NCBI GenBank assembly: GCA_050952645.1
Contig: JBMNLI010000007.1
Span: 102,433-166,432, forward strand
DNA: 64,000 bases
Source of the DNA: Bdellovibrionota bacterium
GTDB lineage: Bacteria > Bdellovibrionota_C > UBA2361 > CAKMMH01
Direction of reading: 5' to 3'
A model generated the notes under the pieces. The model searched no databases and had not been told where the DNA came from. It saw nothing but the letters and a program-made list of their open reading frames with translations. This document shows, one piece after another, positions 22,316 to 32,350 of this stretch (the stretch's first letter is position 1; the number at the start of each line of letters is the position of its first letter). The position numbers and the translations under genes are program-made.

Positions 22316-22515
22316 AAGATATATAATTAAAGATATATAATTAAAGATATATAATAAAGATGTGCTAAGAAAGAGAAAGAGAATTTAAGAAAGAGAATTA
22401 AAGAGGAATAAAGAGAAAGAGGATAAAGAAAAAGAGAGAGAATAAGATAATATTTAGCTATAGATACAATAAATAAATAATAATAACAATAAATAATCAA
22501 TAAATAATTAAAGAG

Positions 22516-22591
<76 letters not shown>

Positions 22592-22883
22592 ACTTTTTAT
22601 TTGTTATTTGTTTTTATTTACTTAAAACAATATTAAATCAAAATTAAATAAAATTATCAATATAATAGTTTACAATAATTTTACGTCTTTTGAAATAACT
22701 TTGATAGTTTTACGCTTTTAGAGATTTAAAGTCAAGAGAAGAGTTAGAGAATTTTAGAAAAAAGTTTTTTCTTTTAACGTTTTAAAAAACTTAAGAAAGA
22801 AAAAATATTTGAGAAATTCTTAAAAAGTAATTTTTTTAATATTTAAATTCTAAAAATTTCTCAAATAATAGTTTCGTTTTTTC

Positions 22884-23612
22884 TTATTTAAAAAGGCTAC
22901 AAACAGTGCCTAAAATATTTGAAAATGAAAAGCCTGAGTCAGAGTTTGAACTAAAAATATTCTTTATCCCACTCCAGATATTTGAAAATATACTTCCAGT
23001 GCCTTCAGTGCCTGCAGATTTAGAACCGCCAAATAAATTTCCAGCAATATTTTTTATTCCATCCCAAATGTTTGAAAAAAGGCTTCCACATTTGCTGCCA
23101 TCATTATTAGTAGGCAATAATGAGCTTGAAGAGCCAAAAATATTTCCTATAAGATTTTGAGCAGATGATAAAAGTCCCGTTAGCCAAGATGAAGAATTGC
23201 TACCGCTAAAGATGCTACTTATCATATTTTTTAAGCCCCCTAAGAACCCTAAGTTTTCGCCGCTATTTGCTATACCAGAAATATCAACATCTTGCCCTGT
23301 AGGTAGTGTTATCTCGCTACCACCAGGTTGGTATATGTTTTGCAATTGTAAGCCAACTATTGAAAACATATTTTGAACAAAGTTTGTAGCGATATTCAAC
23401 ATTTGATTAACAAAATTTTGAATAAAATTTGTTGATGAATTATCCGTTAGCGTTGGCATTGGGGTTATCGTAGCTGGCCCATATCCTATATTTGCAAGGC
23501 TAGTATAATAAGGTTTATGATAAACTGTTTGTCCTAGTTGGCTTGAATAACTACTTATAGGATTGTAGGTAGCTCCATTTTGAGTATTTAATATATTTGA
23601 AATTGAATTCAT
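22884..23612 (-). CDS. Hypothetical Gly/Ser/Asn-rich protein with amphipathic repeats
   Basis: AGGAG RBS; repeats GSLFSNIWDGIKNI, GSIFSNIWSGIKNI, GFSFSNI. Confidence 0.7.
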   Translation of the reverse strand: MNSISNILNTQNGATYNPISSYSSQLGQTVYHKPYYTSLANIGYGPATITPMPTLTDNSSTNFIQNFVNQMLNIATNFVQNMFSIVGLQLQNIYQPGGSEITLPTGQDVDISGIANSGENLGFLGGLKNMISSIFSGSNSSSWLTGLLSSAQNLIGNIFGSSSSLLPTNNDGSKCGSLFSNIWDGIKNIAGNLFGGSKSAGTEGTGSIFSNIWSGIKNIFSSNSDSGFSFSNILGTVCSLFK

Positions 23613-23897
23613 ATTAATATTCTCCTAAAAAAGTTTTAAATTAAAAATTAAAATTAGAGTTTCTTTTAAAAATAAATGCTTTATAGAATTTTATATAAAA
23701 CTTTTTTAATGATAAAAAATACCTTTTTAAAACTTTAAAAAATTAAAACTTTAAAGATATTTTAAAAGAAATTTCTAATTTTTTACTTCCATTAAAATTA
23801 GTCGAATTTTATTTTTTTTAGTTTCCATTTAGCTAATTTTTCTTTGAAGTGTTGACTTTTTGGAAGAATTATTTAACAATATCTTCTTGTTGAATGT

Positions 23898-23974
23898 GGC
23901 CCCATAGCTCAGTTGGTTAGAGCAACCGGCTCATAACCGGTGGGTCCAAGGTTCAAGTCCTTGTGGGGCCACCA
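23898..23974 (+). tRNA. tRNA-Ile2 (CAT anticodon, lysidine type)
   Basis: GGCCCCATAGCTCAG...CTCATAA...GGGGCCACCA; G1-C72 pair and acceptor stem like Ile2, not initiator Met. Confidence 0.85.
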
Positions 23975-23989
23975 ACATTTTTCTAACTT

Positions 23990-24258
23990 GGTTCTTCACG
24001 TTTTAGGTGGGTTGAGCCAAGAAAATGTTATTCTATTTAATGAAGTCTTTGTGAAAGTTATCCACAGCTTGACATTTAGCTTTTAATTGCTAGGTCTTGC
24101 TATTAGTTATGGATAGCTTTTCCTAACACACCTTAATGTTTATTTTTCCTAATGAATTTAACTGTTGTTCTTTTAATAAAACAGTAACGGTTTTGGAATA
24201 TAATTTTGTCAATTTACATTAGAAGATAGACTCTAATCCACTCAAAACGTGAAGAATC
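23990..24258. mobile_element. ISL3-like non-autonomous element with a different interior
   Basis: GGTTCTTCACGTTTTAGGTGGGTT ... AATCCACTCAAAACGTGAAGAATC, 15 bp downstream of the tRNA. Confidence 0.7.
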
Positions 24259-24699
24259 AAAAAACTTATAAAATATGTAAGTAAGATAAGGTTAATATTA
24301 AATTTCTAGGTATGTCTTAGAGCAACGTCCGTTTTTATTTTAGTCCCTATAAAAGCTAAATTTTAATCTTGTAAGTTTTAGGTCTGTGATTATATAATAT
24401 TTTTACTTAAGTTTTTTTATCACGATATATTTTTTTTGAGTGCATTGTCTTTATTAGAAAATTTTCATTTAAACCTAAATTTTTTAAGAGTGTGTAAGTA
24501 AAATTAAAAATTAGATTTTTATTATGTTAAAATTCCTTTTAACCTTAAACAGTCGATTAAAAAATTTCTTTCAAAATAAAAAATTGATGAAAATAAATAT
24601 ATTTAGAAATGATTGGTCAATATTTGAGCTCCTTTTTATACATCTGTATTTTTAGGAGCTCTTTTTTTTTTACATTGATTATTTTGTATTTGGAAAAAT

Positions 24700-24801
24700 A
24701 GTTCTTCACGTTTTAAGGTGGGTTTTAGACCTTAAAATTAGTATCACTCACGCACGAAGCAAAAAAACAATTTTTCTAACCCACCTAAAACGTGAAGAGC
24801 C
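24700..24801. mobile_element. ISL3-like MITE, short copy lacking the internal hairpin
   Basis: Both TIRs present; reads CACGAAGC directly into AAAAAAACAATTTTTCTAACC. Confidence 0.8.
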
Positions 24802-25016
24802 TAATTTTTTTAGTTTCTTTTTTGGCTTTGCAAGGTAAGTGGCCCTGACTTTTAAGAATTTTCCCTATCTTTAAACGCATAAAGAACTTTTTCCCCCTTA
24901 AATTATTTAAATTTAGCTTGAAAAATGCAAAATTTTTTTATATTTTGCTACACTTAAAATAAAAATCGTGTTAAACTATTCTTGGTGTTAAATGTATATA
25001 TGGGGAATAGTTAATA

Positions 25017-25769
25017 ATGCAATCGAATTTCATAGAAAATTTAATTAAGTTAGGAAAGATTGATGCGCTACTTACAAGAATATCAGCAGAGAAAAAACAA
25101 GCAACAAAAAAATATGTAGAGATAGACAATAAGCTTAATGAACGGGCTGTCGTGTTAAGTGATAAATCAAGTCTTTTAAAATCGAGAGAAGAAAAATATA
25201 AAAAAGAGCAGAAAGATATAAAAGAAGAAAGGCAGAAATTAGTAGAGAGAAGAAAGGCGATATATTCATTTAACGATCACAGAGTGCAGCAATCGGCACA
25301 AAAAGAGGTTGAGCTTGCATCAAAACAACTAGATACTAGAGAAGAACGCTTGCTTCCTGTATTAGAAGAAATAGAAATATTAAAAAAAGATTACGATAAT
25401 GTTTTAAATGATTGTAAAATTTTAAAGCAAGCGTTAGATAAGTTGCAAAAAAATAAGGATGAAGTTGAAGCCACATATAAGAAAAGGCAAGAAGAGGGGC
25501 TACAAAAAAGAGATGAGATATTAAAAAATATTTCAAAAGATGCCCTAACTGAATATAACAAAGCTAGAAGTAGGCATCCGATGGATCCAGTGGTGAACGT
25601 TAGACAAGATAATTTATGTGGCGGATGCGCAATGAAGCTAGGGGCTCAAACTTTGTTGCAAGTTTCAAGAGAAAAAAGTGCGATTCACTGTCCTGGTTGT
25701 AATAGGATTTTGTATATAAAGAAAAGTGATGGCAGCGATAACTCACAAGAAGAAAAAGAATCTAAGTAA
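25017..25769 (+). CDS. Coiled-coil protein with C4-type zinc ribbon
   Basis: Long coiled coil, CGGC...CPGCNRILY; lies upstream of rnpB as commonly seen. Confidence 0.85.
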   Translation: MQSNFIENLIKLGKIDALLTRISAEKKQATKKYVEIDNKLNERAVVLSDKSSLLKSREEKYKKEQKDIKEERQKLVERRKAIYSFNDHRVQQSAQKEVELASKQLDTREERLLPVLEEIEILKKDYDNVLNDCKILKQALDKLQKNKDEVEATYKKRQEEGLQKRDEILKNISKDALTEYNKARSRHPMDPVVNVRQDNLCGGCAMKLGAQTLLQVSREKSAIHCPGCNRILYIKKSDGSDNSQEEKESK

Positions 25770-26005
25770 AAATTAAGTTTGTTTTTGCTTTTTCATATTT
25801 TTGAAATTATTTTTTTTAATTTAATTTTGGTAGATGATGTAAAAAAAATATAATAAAAAATTTTTGTTCTTCACGTTTTAGGTGGGTTAGCTTAAAAGAA
25901 AATTGGCTTTTATAGAAAACTATCTATAGTTTAAAGAAAAATTACAACTATACTTAAAGTAATTTATTTCATGCCAATTTCTTTAAAGTCAATTTTCTTT
26001 TGGGC

Positions 26006-27899
26006 GTGTGCCGGGCACGACATAGTTCTAGCGGGTGAAAGTCCCGTCACGGGTAGTTGTCACCAAGTGTAGTGATGCCACAAGCTCGAAGCAGTAATGT
26101 TAGAGTGAAGGAAGTGGCGGATCAAAACCAAGGAGCCTACGAACAGAAACCAGATACAAGGCTAAATGGTGGGTGAGGTTGCGCTACAAACCGAAGCCCT
26201 AAAGACAAACGTAAAACCAAACGAGTAAATCTGGAGGTTGTCTGGTGAAAGAACTATGCCTTACCCCGGGAGGTCCAGATAGCGTGCTATGCACGTGCGA
26301 TATAAAGCTTATATCTGGAAGTCAGTTGATACCATAGTACTTGAGACACCACTCAAGGAAGGGTTGAACGTTAATATATTGTGAATCACTGTAAGCAAGG
26401 CTAGAAGAGTCCGAAATTGAAGATATGCCTAACAAACAGGAACGTAACCTGTGGGGGCAGAAGATAGAGGGGGTGTTTTCTAGTAGCTTTACAAACAGAG
26501 GGAGGAGCAACAGGTGGAATTGATTGAACTAATTATATCAGACAAAAATATAGATGAGGCTATAAAGGCTGTTAAGCGAAATAAAGGTGCATCTGGTGTA
26601 GATGATATGCCAGTAGATGAGCTTGAAGACTATTTTGCCGTTCACAGAGAAGAGATAAAATCTCAGATACGTGAAGGGAATTATAAGCCGAGTCCAGTTA
26701 AGAGAGTGTATATACCTAAAGCTAATGGTAAGATGAGACCTTTAGGAATACCTACAGTAGTAGATAGGGTAATTCAACAAGCGGTAGCGCAAATACTAGC
26801 ACGCGGATACGAAAAGTATTTTAGTAATAGTAGCTATGGCTTTAGACCTAGAAGGAATTGCCATCTAGCAGTATATAGAACTCTTGAGTACTTGAAAAGA
26901 GGCTATGATTGGGTTATAGACCTAGACATAGAGAAATATTTTGATACTGTTAATCACGACAAATTAATTTCGATAATCAGGGAACGCATCAAAGATGCGA
27001 AGACACTACGATTGATAAGACAGTTCTTAAGAGCTGGTATAATGGAAGATGGATTGTTTACTGTAAGTGAGAAAGGAGTTCCGCAAGGAGGTCCATTATC
27101 CCCAGTATTATCTAACATATACCTTGATAAGCTCGACAAGGAACTGGAAGCAAGAGGACTTAAGTTTGTTAGATATGCCGATGACTGTAATATATTTGTT
27201 AGAAGTGAAAAGGCTGCTAATAGAGTAATGAAGTCCGTTGCGAGTTGGTTGGAGCGTAAGCTACGACTTAAAATTAATTCAAGTAAGAGTAAAATCTCTA
27301 GGCCGACGGAAAGCACTTTCTTAGGCTTTACCTACTGGAAGAGTGGGTATAAAACTTGGAAATGTAAACCTGCTGAAGATCGCAAACGAAAACTCTATGA
27401 TAAAACTAGAGAAATTCTTTGTAGACGGAAGGCAATGGCACGAACGTTAGGTTCGACATTTCAACAGCTAAGCTGGTTAATTAAAGGTTGGATAAACTAT
27501 TATAAGATAGGAACTCTTAAGACTTTTATAGATAAATATGGTCAATGGCTTAGACACAAAGTGAGGGTTATAATACTTAAACAGTGGAAATTGCCGAGAC
27601 GAATCTATCTAAATCTTAAGAAATTGAACCGAATGCTTGGTTGCAATTTTAGAAATGAAGAAATCTATAAGGTTGCTAACAGCAGACTCGGCTGGTATAG
27701 ACGCAGTTCGTGGTACGTAGTGAATTATGCATTAAGCCCTAAAATATTGGGGCGTAAAACAAAGGAACGAATTGGTTTAATCGACCCTTTGACGTATTAC
27801 CTGAGTATTACTTGATATTATATTAATGGAGCGCCGTATACGAGACCCGTACGTACGGTGCGACGGGAGGGAGAGGGTATAGCCCTCGCTCTACCCTAT
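26006..27899 (+). mobile_element. Group IIC intron, copy 1 (intact)
   Basis: 5' GTGTG, compact domain I resembling the O. iheyensis intron, D5 with CGC triad (GCGCCGTATACG...CGTACGGTGC), 3' CCCTAT; boundaries fixed by comparison with empty MITE copies. Confidence 0.92.
26514..27815 (+). CDS. ltrA: Group II intron reverse transcriptase/maturase, no endonuclease domain
   Basis: RPLGIP, GVPQGGPLSP, VRYADD, FLGF, GWINYY, KQWK; 433 aa. Confidence 0.95.
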   Translation: MELIELIISDKNIDEAIKAVKRNKGASGVDDMPVDELEDYFAVHREEIKSQIREGNYKPSPVKRVYIPKANGKMRPLGIPTVVDRVIQQAVAQILARGYEKYFSNSSYGFRPRRNCHLAVYRTLEYLKRGYDWVIDLDIEKYFDTVNHDKLISIIRERIKDAKTLRLIRQFLRAGIMEDGLFTVSEKGVPQGGPLSPVLSNIYLDKLDKELEARGLKFVRYADDCNIFVRSEKAANRVMKSVASWLERKLRLKINSSKSKISRPTESTFLGFTYWKSGYKTWKCKPAEDRKRKLYDKTREILCRRKAMARTLGSTFQQLSWLIKGWINYYKIGTLKTFIDKYGQWLRHKVRVIILKQWKLPRRIYLNLKKLNRMLGCNFRNEEIYKVANSRLGWYRRSSWYVVNYALSPKILGRKTKERIGLIDPLTYYLSIT

Positions 27900-27989
27900 T
27901 CCGTGGGGTGAGTGATACTAATTTTAAGGTCTAAAACCTACCTTAAAACGTGAAGAGCCAAGATTTTCTATTTAAAGGAAAATGAAATA

Positions 27990-28485
27990 GAGTAAGGAGG
28001 ATAGTCGCTTAAGTGTTTTTTACTCTTAAGAGGAAAGTCGGGACTTTATAGGACAAGGCTAGCTGCTAACGGCAGCTTTGAGCGATCAAAGGAAAGTGCT
28101 ACAGAAAAGGAAACCACCAAAAATTATTTTTTTGGAACGGATGAAAAGGTAAGGTAAAAGCTTACCAGCAAAAAGGAGACTTTTTGGCTTAGTAAACCCT
28201 AGCTAAAGCAAGACCAAAATAGAAAGTTTAAAATTATTGTAAGCTTTATAGCTTATTTTAATTTTAAAATGTTGTCCGCATTTTTAGAGTTCTTTTTTTA
28301 ATAGATTTATTGTGGCGTGTTTTAGATTTTAGTTTAAAATACAAATTTATTTAAAAAGAACTCTAGACTTTTTAGGTAGTGTCGCTTGAGCTTATCGGCA
28401 ACGATAAGTCTAGATGAATGACTATCACAATAAGTTTACTAAATAAAGTTTACTTATTTACAGAATCCCGCTTATATCCTTGCTC
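27990..28485 (+). ncRNA. rnpB: RNase P RNA (type A-like, about 500 nt)
   Basis: GAGGAAAGTC, GGAAAGTGCTACAGAAA, GCAAGACC, CTAGATGAATGAC, ACAGAA..GCTTA; P1 GAGTAAGGA/TCCTTGCTC. Confidence 0.92.
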
Positions 28486-28572
28486 TATTTGATTTTCTTT
28501 ATTTGATTTTCTTTAAAGTCTCTCTGTTTTTTTATTTTTTTTTGTGGTAGTCTTATAAAATATTTTATAAAT

Positions 28573-28646
28573 ACGCCCATAGCTCAATTAGGTAGAGCAA
28601 CGGATTCCAAATCCGTAGGTTGGGGGTTCGATTCCTCCTGGGCGTG
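28573..28646 (+). tRNA. tRNA-Trp(CCA), 3' CCA not encoded
   Basis: ACGCCCA/TGGGCGT acceptor stem, loop TTCCAAA, GTTCGATTC. Confidence 0.92.
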
Positions 28647-29131
28647 CTGGTCTTTTTTTAATTATTTTCTTATTTATTTCTATTTTATTTTTTTATCTCT
28701 ATCTTTATCTCTATCTTTATCTCTATTTTTATCTTGTTTCTTTTCATTTTCTCTTTCTTTTAATTTTTCCCTTTTTATTTTTTCTCTTCTCTCTCTCTTT
28801 TCTCTTTATTTTTTTTTATGTATTTTTTATTTTCTTAATTTTAAGTTTAGTATTTTTCCCTGCTACCAAGAAAGATGCCTAAGGATGCCTAAAAATGTCT
28901 AAAGTGTGAAGTTTGGCCTTAAGCGTAGAAAGCGTAGAGCGTAAATGAAGAGAGAGGGAGACTTATCTAAGTTTGCTATTTTATTATATTTAAAATGTTA
29001 TTAAATGTTGCTCTAAATATTGCTATAAATATTACTATAAAGCAAACGATGTAAATTAAATTTTTTTTCTAAAATATCCGATATTTATTAAAGATTTTAA
29101 ATATAAAAATTTTTAAAGGTTATTTTAATTT

Positions 29132-30175
29132 ATGGATATATCAACACTACTAAGGTTTGCTTGCGAGCAAAACGCCTCAGACTTACATATAAGTGCAGGA
29201 GAAAAGCCGATTTTAAGAATAAATGGAGATATAAAACATGTAAGCGCTGATGTTTTAGATGCTCAATTAACTCGTAAAATGGTTTACGATATAATGAATG
29301 ATTACCAAAGGAAGATTTTTGAAGAATATAATGATGTCGATTTTTCAATAGAATTCGGCGAGATGGCAAGATTTAGAGTAAATGTCTATTGTCAACAAAG
29401 AGGAATCGGGGCAGTTTTTAGGCAGATTCCAACAAAGATTTTAACGATGGAAGAGTTAGGACTTCCTAGAGCTTTTTCAAGCATAATAAGAAAAGAAAGA
29501 GGCTTAATTTTAGTTACTGGTCCAACGGGGTCGGGAAAATCGACTACGCTAGCTGCGATGCTTAATCAAGTAAACGAAGAACGAGCGGGACATATTTTAA
29601 CTATTGAAGACCCGATAGAGTTTGTGCATCAATCAAAAAAATGTTTAGTAAACCAAAGAGAGGTAGGAGCGCATACTAAAAGTTTTTCAAATGCACTAAG
29701 AGCAGCCTTAAGAGAAGACCCAGATTATATTCTAATAGGTGAGCTTCGAGATTTAGAAACTATTCAGCTCGCTTTAACTGCAGCCGAAACTGGACACTTA
29801 GTTTTTGGAACTCTTCACACATCGAGTGCCCCTAAAACTATAGACCGTATAATAGACGTGTTCCCAGCTTCTCAGCAAGGGCAGGTTCGCTCAATGTTTT
29901 CAGAGAGTATTCAAGCGGTGATTACGCAAACTCTTTGTAAAAAAATTGGTGGAGGAAGAGTTGCTGCTTTTGAAGTTTTGTTAGGAACTACTGCCGTTAG
30001 AAACTTAATAAGAGAAGGTAAAATTCATCAAATACCAAGCACTATGCAAACCTCTCAAAATATTGGCATGCAAACTTTAGATATGCATTTAAGGCAACTT
30101 TGCGAAAGAGGGCTTATAGAAAGAGAGACGGCTTTAGAAAAAGCTGAAAATCCTCAAACTTTATTTGGAGTGTAG
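29132..30175 (+). CDS. pilT: Type IV pilus retraction ATPase
   Basis: ASDLH, GPTGSGKSTT, EDPIE, ALREDPD, AVRNLIRE. Confidence 0.96.
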   Translation: MDISTLLRFACEQNASDLHISAGEKPILRINGDIKHVSADVLDAQLTRKMVYDIMNDYQRKIFEEYNDVDFSIEFGEMARFRVNVYCQQRGIGAVFRQIPTKILTMEELGLPRAFSSIIRKERGLILVTGPTGSGKSTTLAAMLNQVNEERAGHILTIEDPIEFVHQSKKCLVNQREVGAHTKSFSNALRAALREDPDYILIGELRDLETIQLALTAAETGHLVFGTLHTSSAPKTIDRIIDVFPASQQGQVRSMFSESIQAVITQTLCKKIGGGRVAAFEVLLGTTAVRNLIREGKIHQIPSTMQTSQNIGMQTLDMHLRQLCERGLIERETALEKAENPQTLFGV

Positions 30176-30182
30176 GTAAAAA

Positions 30183-31289
30183 ATGGTAAATATAGAAAGC
30201 TTATTAAATTTAATGGTTCAAAATGAAGCTTCTGATTTATATATTACACAGGGAGCAGAGCCGACGCTTAGAGTAAATGGAGTTTTAATGCCTGCATTAG
30301 AGCAAAAATTATCGAAAAAAGATACTGAGACTCTAGCTAAAAGCGTTATGAATGATAAAGAACAAAAAGTTTTCGATGAAACTTGCGAGCAGAATTTAGC
30401 TTTAGCTTATGATACTCTAGGGCGTTTTAGAGTAAATATTTTTAAGCAAAAAAATGCTGTCGGTATGGTTATAAAGCATATAAAAACTATTATTCCGAGT
30501 ATTGAAGAGTTAAAACTTCCTAATCTATTAAAAGATGTCGTGATGCTTGAAAGGGGGCTAGTCCTTATAGTAGGAGCTACTGGTTCTGGAAAGTCGACTA
30601 CTCTTGCTAGTATGATAGACTATAGAAACTCTAATAAAACTGGGCATATTTTATCTATTGAAGATCCTATCGAGTTTGTGCATACGCATAAAAAATCTAT
30701 AATTACTCAGCGTGAGGTAGGTATGGATACTATCGATTATAAAGTAGCACTTAAAAATGCTTTAAGACAAGCTCCAGATGCCGTATTTATAGGGGAGATA
30801 CGTGATGAAGAAACTATGAGTGCTGCTATCCATTTTTCTGAAACTGGGCATCTATGTTTAGCTACGCTTCATAGTAATAATGCTAACCAAACTATTGAAA
30901 GGATAGTAAACTTTTTTCCACCTGAAAAGCAAAAACAAGTTTATATGGATTTAAGTTTAAATTTGCGTGCAGTTATAAGTCAAAGGTTAGTCCCTACGGT
31001 CGATGGGAAAAGGCGTGTTGCGTTAGAAATTCTGCTAGATAGCCCAAGGGCTAAAGATTTAATATTTAAAGGTGAGATAGAGCTATTAAAAGAGGCTATA
31101 GAAAAAGGTGCTACTATTGGCATGAAAACTTTCGATGATTCGCTATACGATTTATATAATGAAAAGATTATTACGCTCGAGACCGCTTTAGAAAATGCAG
31201 ATAGTGAAAATAATTTAAGATTAAAGATTAAGTTAAAAGAAGATGGAGGTAGCAAAGAAAGCGATGTAGGACTTAGGTTAGATTTATAG
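30183..31289 (+). CDS. pilU: Type IV pilus ATPase PilU
   Basis: GATGSGKSTT, ALRQAPD, HSNNANQ, ADSENNLRL; directly after pilT. Confidence 0.92.
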   Translation: MVNIESLLNLMVQNEASDLYITQGAEPTLRVNGVLMPALEQKLSKKDTETLAKSVMNDKEQKVFDETCEQNLALAYDTLGRFRVNIFKQKNAVGMVIKHIKTIIPSIEELKLPNLLKDVVMLERGLVLIVGATGSGKSTTLASMIDYRNSNKTGHILSIEDPIEFVHTHKKSIITQREVGMDTIDYKVALKNALRQAPDAVFIGEIRDEETMSAAIHFSETGHLCLATLHSNNANQTIERIVNFFPPEKQKQVYMDLSLNLRAVISQRLVPTVDGKRRVALEILLDSPRAKDLIFKGEIELLKEAIEKGATIGMKTFDDSLYDLYNEKIITLETALENADSENNLRLKIKLKEDGGSKESDVGLRLDL

Positions 31290-31301
31290 TCTTTAGCTTA
31301 A

Positions 31302-31382
31302 ATTTTTCTTTTAGGGCTTCGTTAGGGAGGAGGGGAAACGCTAATTTTAAGGCGTTAAACCATCTTAAAACATCAAAGAATT
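31302..31382. repeat. Degenerate MITE half
   Basis: TTTTCTTTTAGGGCTTCGT...CTAATTTTAAGG...CCATCTTAAAACATCAAAGAA matches the MITE segment that includes the empty intron target. Confidence 0.55.
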
Positions 31383-31720
31383 ATTTTATTTATTTATCCT
31401 TATATTTTTATATTTTTATATTCTTAGCATAAATATCGTATTTAGGAATTTTTTTAAAGAATTTTTAAAAGCGTGTAAAGTTTTAGAATAACTTAAGGGT
31501 TAATTATTTTACAAATAAATTACTAATATATTACAAATCTGATACAAATTTTATCTTTATTTGCTTCTAAATTTTTGTGCGGATAAATATTTTAAAGGGA
31601 GGTTTTATTTAAAAAATTTACGAGTCGTCTTTTTTTTTTTATTTCTTTTATTATATATTATATTAAGGAAAGAGAAAGGGAGGCTCTGCTAAATTATCTT
31701 TAAAAATTAGGTTATAAAAG

Positions 31721-32350
31721 ATGAATAAAGAAACTGCATTAAGTGATTTGCAACTAGTTAAACTTGTAGCTAAGGGTGATTTAAAAGCTTTAGAAGAGCT
31801 AGTAGAAAAGTATGAAACGAGAATTTTTAATTTGGCGTTTAAGTTTATGAATTCCGAGGAGGATGCCGAAGAGGTATCTCAAGATGTGTTTTTAACATTG
31901 TATCAAAAAGCAGCTAGTTTTAAGGGAAACTCTGCATTTTCAAGTTGGCTTTATAGGATAACCGTCAATGCTGCATTTATGAAATTAAGAAAGAGAAGGA
32001 GAGATTTATCTATTTCTATAAATGATCTTAGCACTCAAAACCAGCGAGATTGGATAGAAAGAGACACATCGTTTCATGCTTGTTCAGAATTTAAACTAGC
32101 GAATTTAGAGCTTGTAGATATTTTAAAAGCTGCGATTTTAAAATTACCAGATAGGTATCGCTCGGTTTTCGTTTTAAAAGATATAGATGGTTTATCTAAT
32201 CAAGAGGTGAGTTCTCTTTTAGAGCTTTCGATGCCAGCAGTAAAATCGAGACTACATAGAGCAAGAGTGATGCTTCAAAAAAGATTAAATGGGTGTTTTA
32301 GTGATTACGTAGGGACTATTAAGGAAAAAGAAACGGCACTTCACGTTTAA
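31721..32350 (+). CDS. ECF sigma-70 factor
   Basis: DAEEVSQDVF, FSSWLYRITVN, AVKSRLHRAR. Confidence 0.92.
   Translation: MNKETALSDLQLVKLVAKGDLKALEELVEKYETRIFNLAFKFMNSEEDAEEVSQDVFLTLYQKAASFKGNSAFSSWLYRITVNAAFMKLRKRRRDLSISINDLSTQNQRDWIERDTSFHACSEFKLANLELVDILKAAILKLPDRYRSVFVLKDIDGLSNQEVSSLLELSMPAVKSRLHRARVMLQKRLNGCFSDYVGTIKEKETALHV

Larger units (their letters stand above)
25865..27959. mobile_element. ISL3-like MITE interrupted by a group IIC intron
   Basis: TIRs at both ends; flanks AAAATTTT/AAGATTTT (7/8 TSD); removing the intron restores the MITE sequence. Confidence 0.85.

Noticed and set aside
23898..23974. tRNA-Met or fMet
   Set aside because: No C1:A72 mismatch or GGG/CCC anticodon stem, and the acceptor stem resembles Ile2; elongator Met is not fully excluded
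24058..24066. Perfect DnaA box TTATCCACA as oriC evidence
   Set aside because: Single box inside a mobile element, with no box cluster and no dnaA/dnaN nearby
26196..26199. GCCC as EBS1 complementary to the GGGC exon end
   Set aside because: It pairs with GGGT upstream as a domain I stem; the loop position equivalent to EBS1 is GCTA at 26183-26186
26514..27815. RT as a retron, DGR or CRISPR-associated RT
   Set aside because: It is embedded in a complete group IIC ribozyme with a maturase domain; no TR/VR pair with adenine-specific differences was seen
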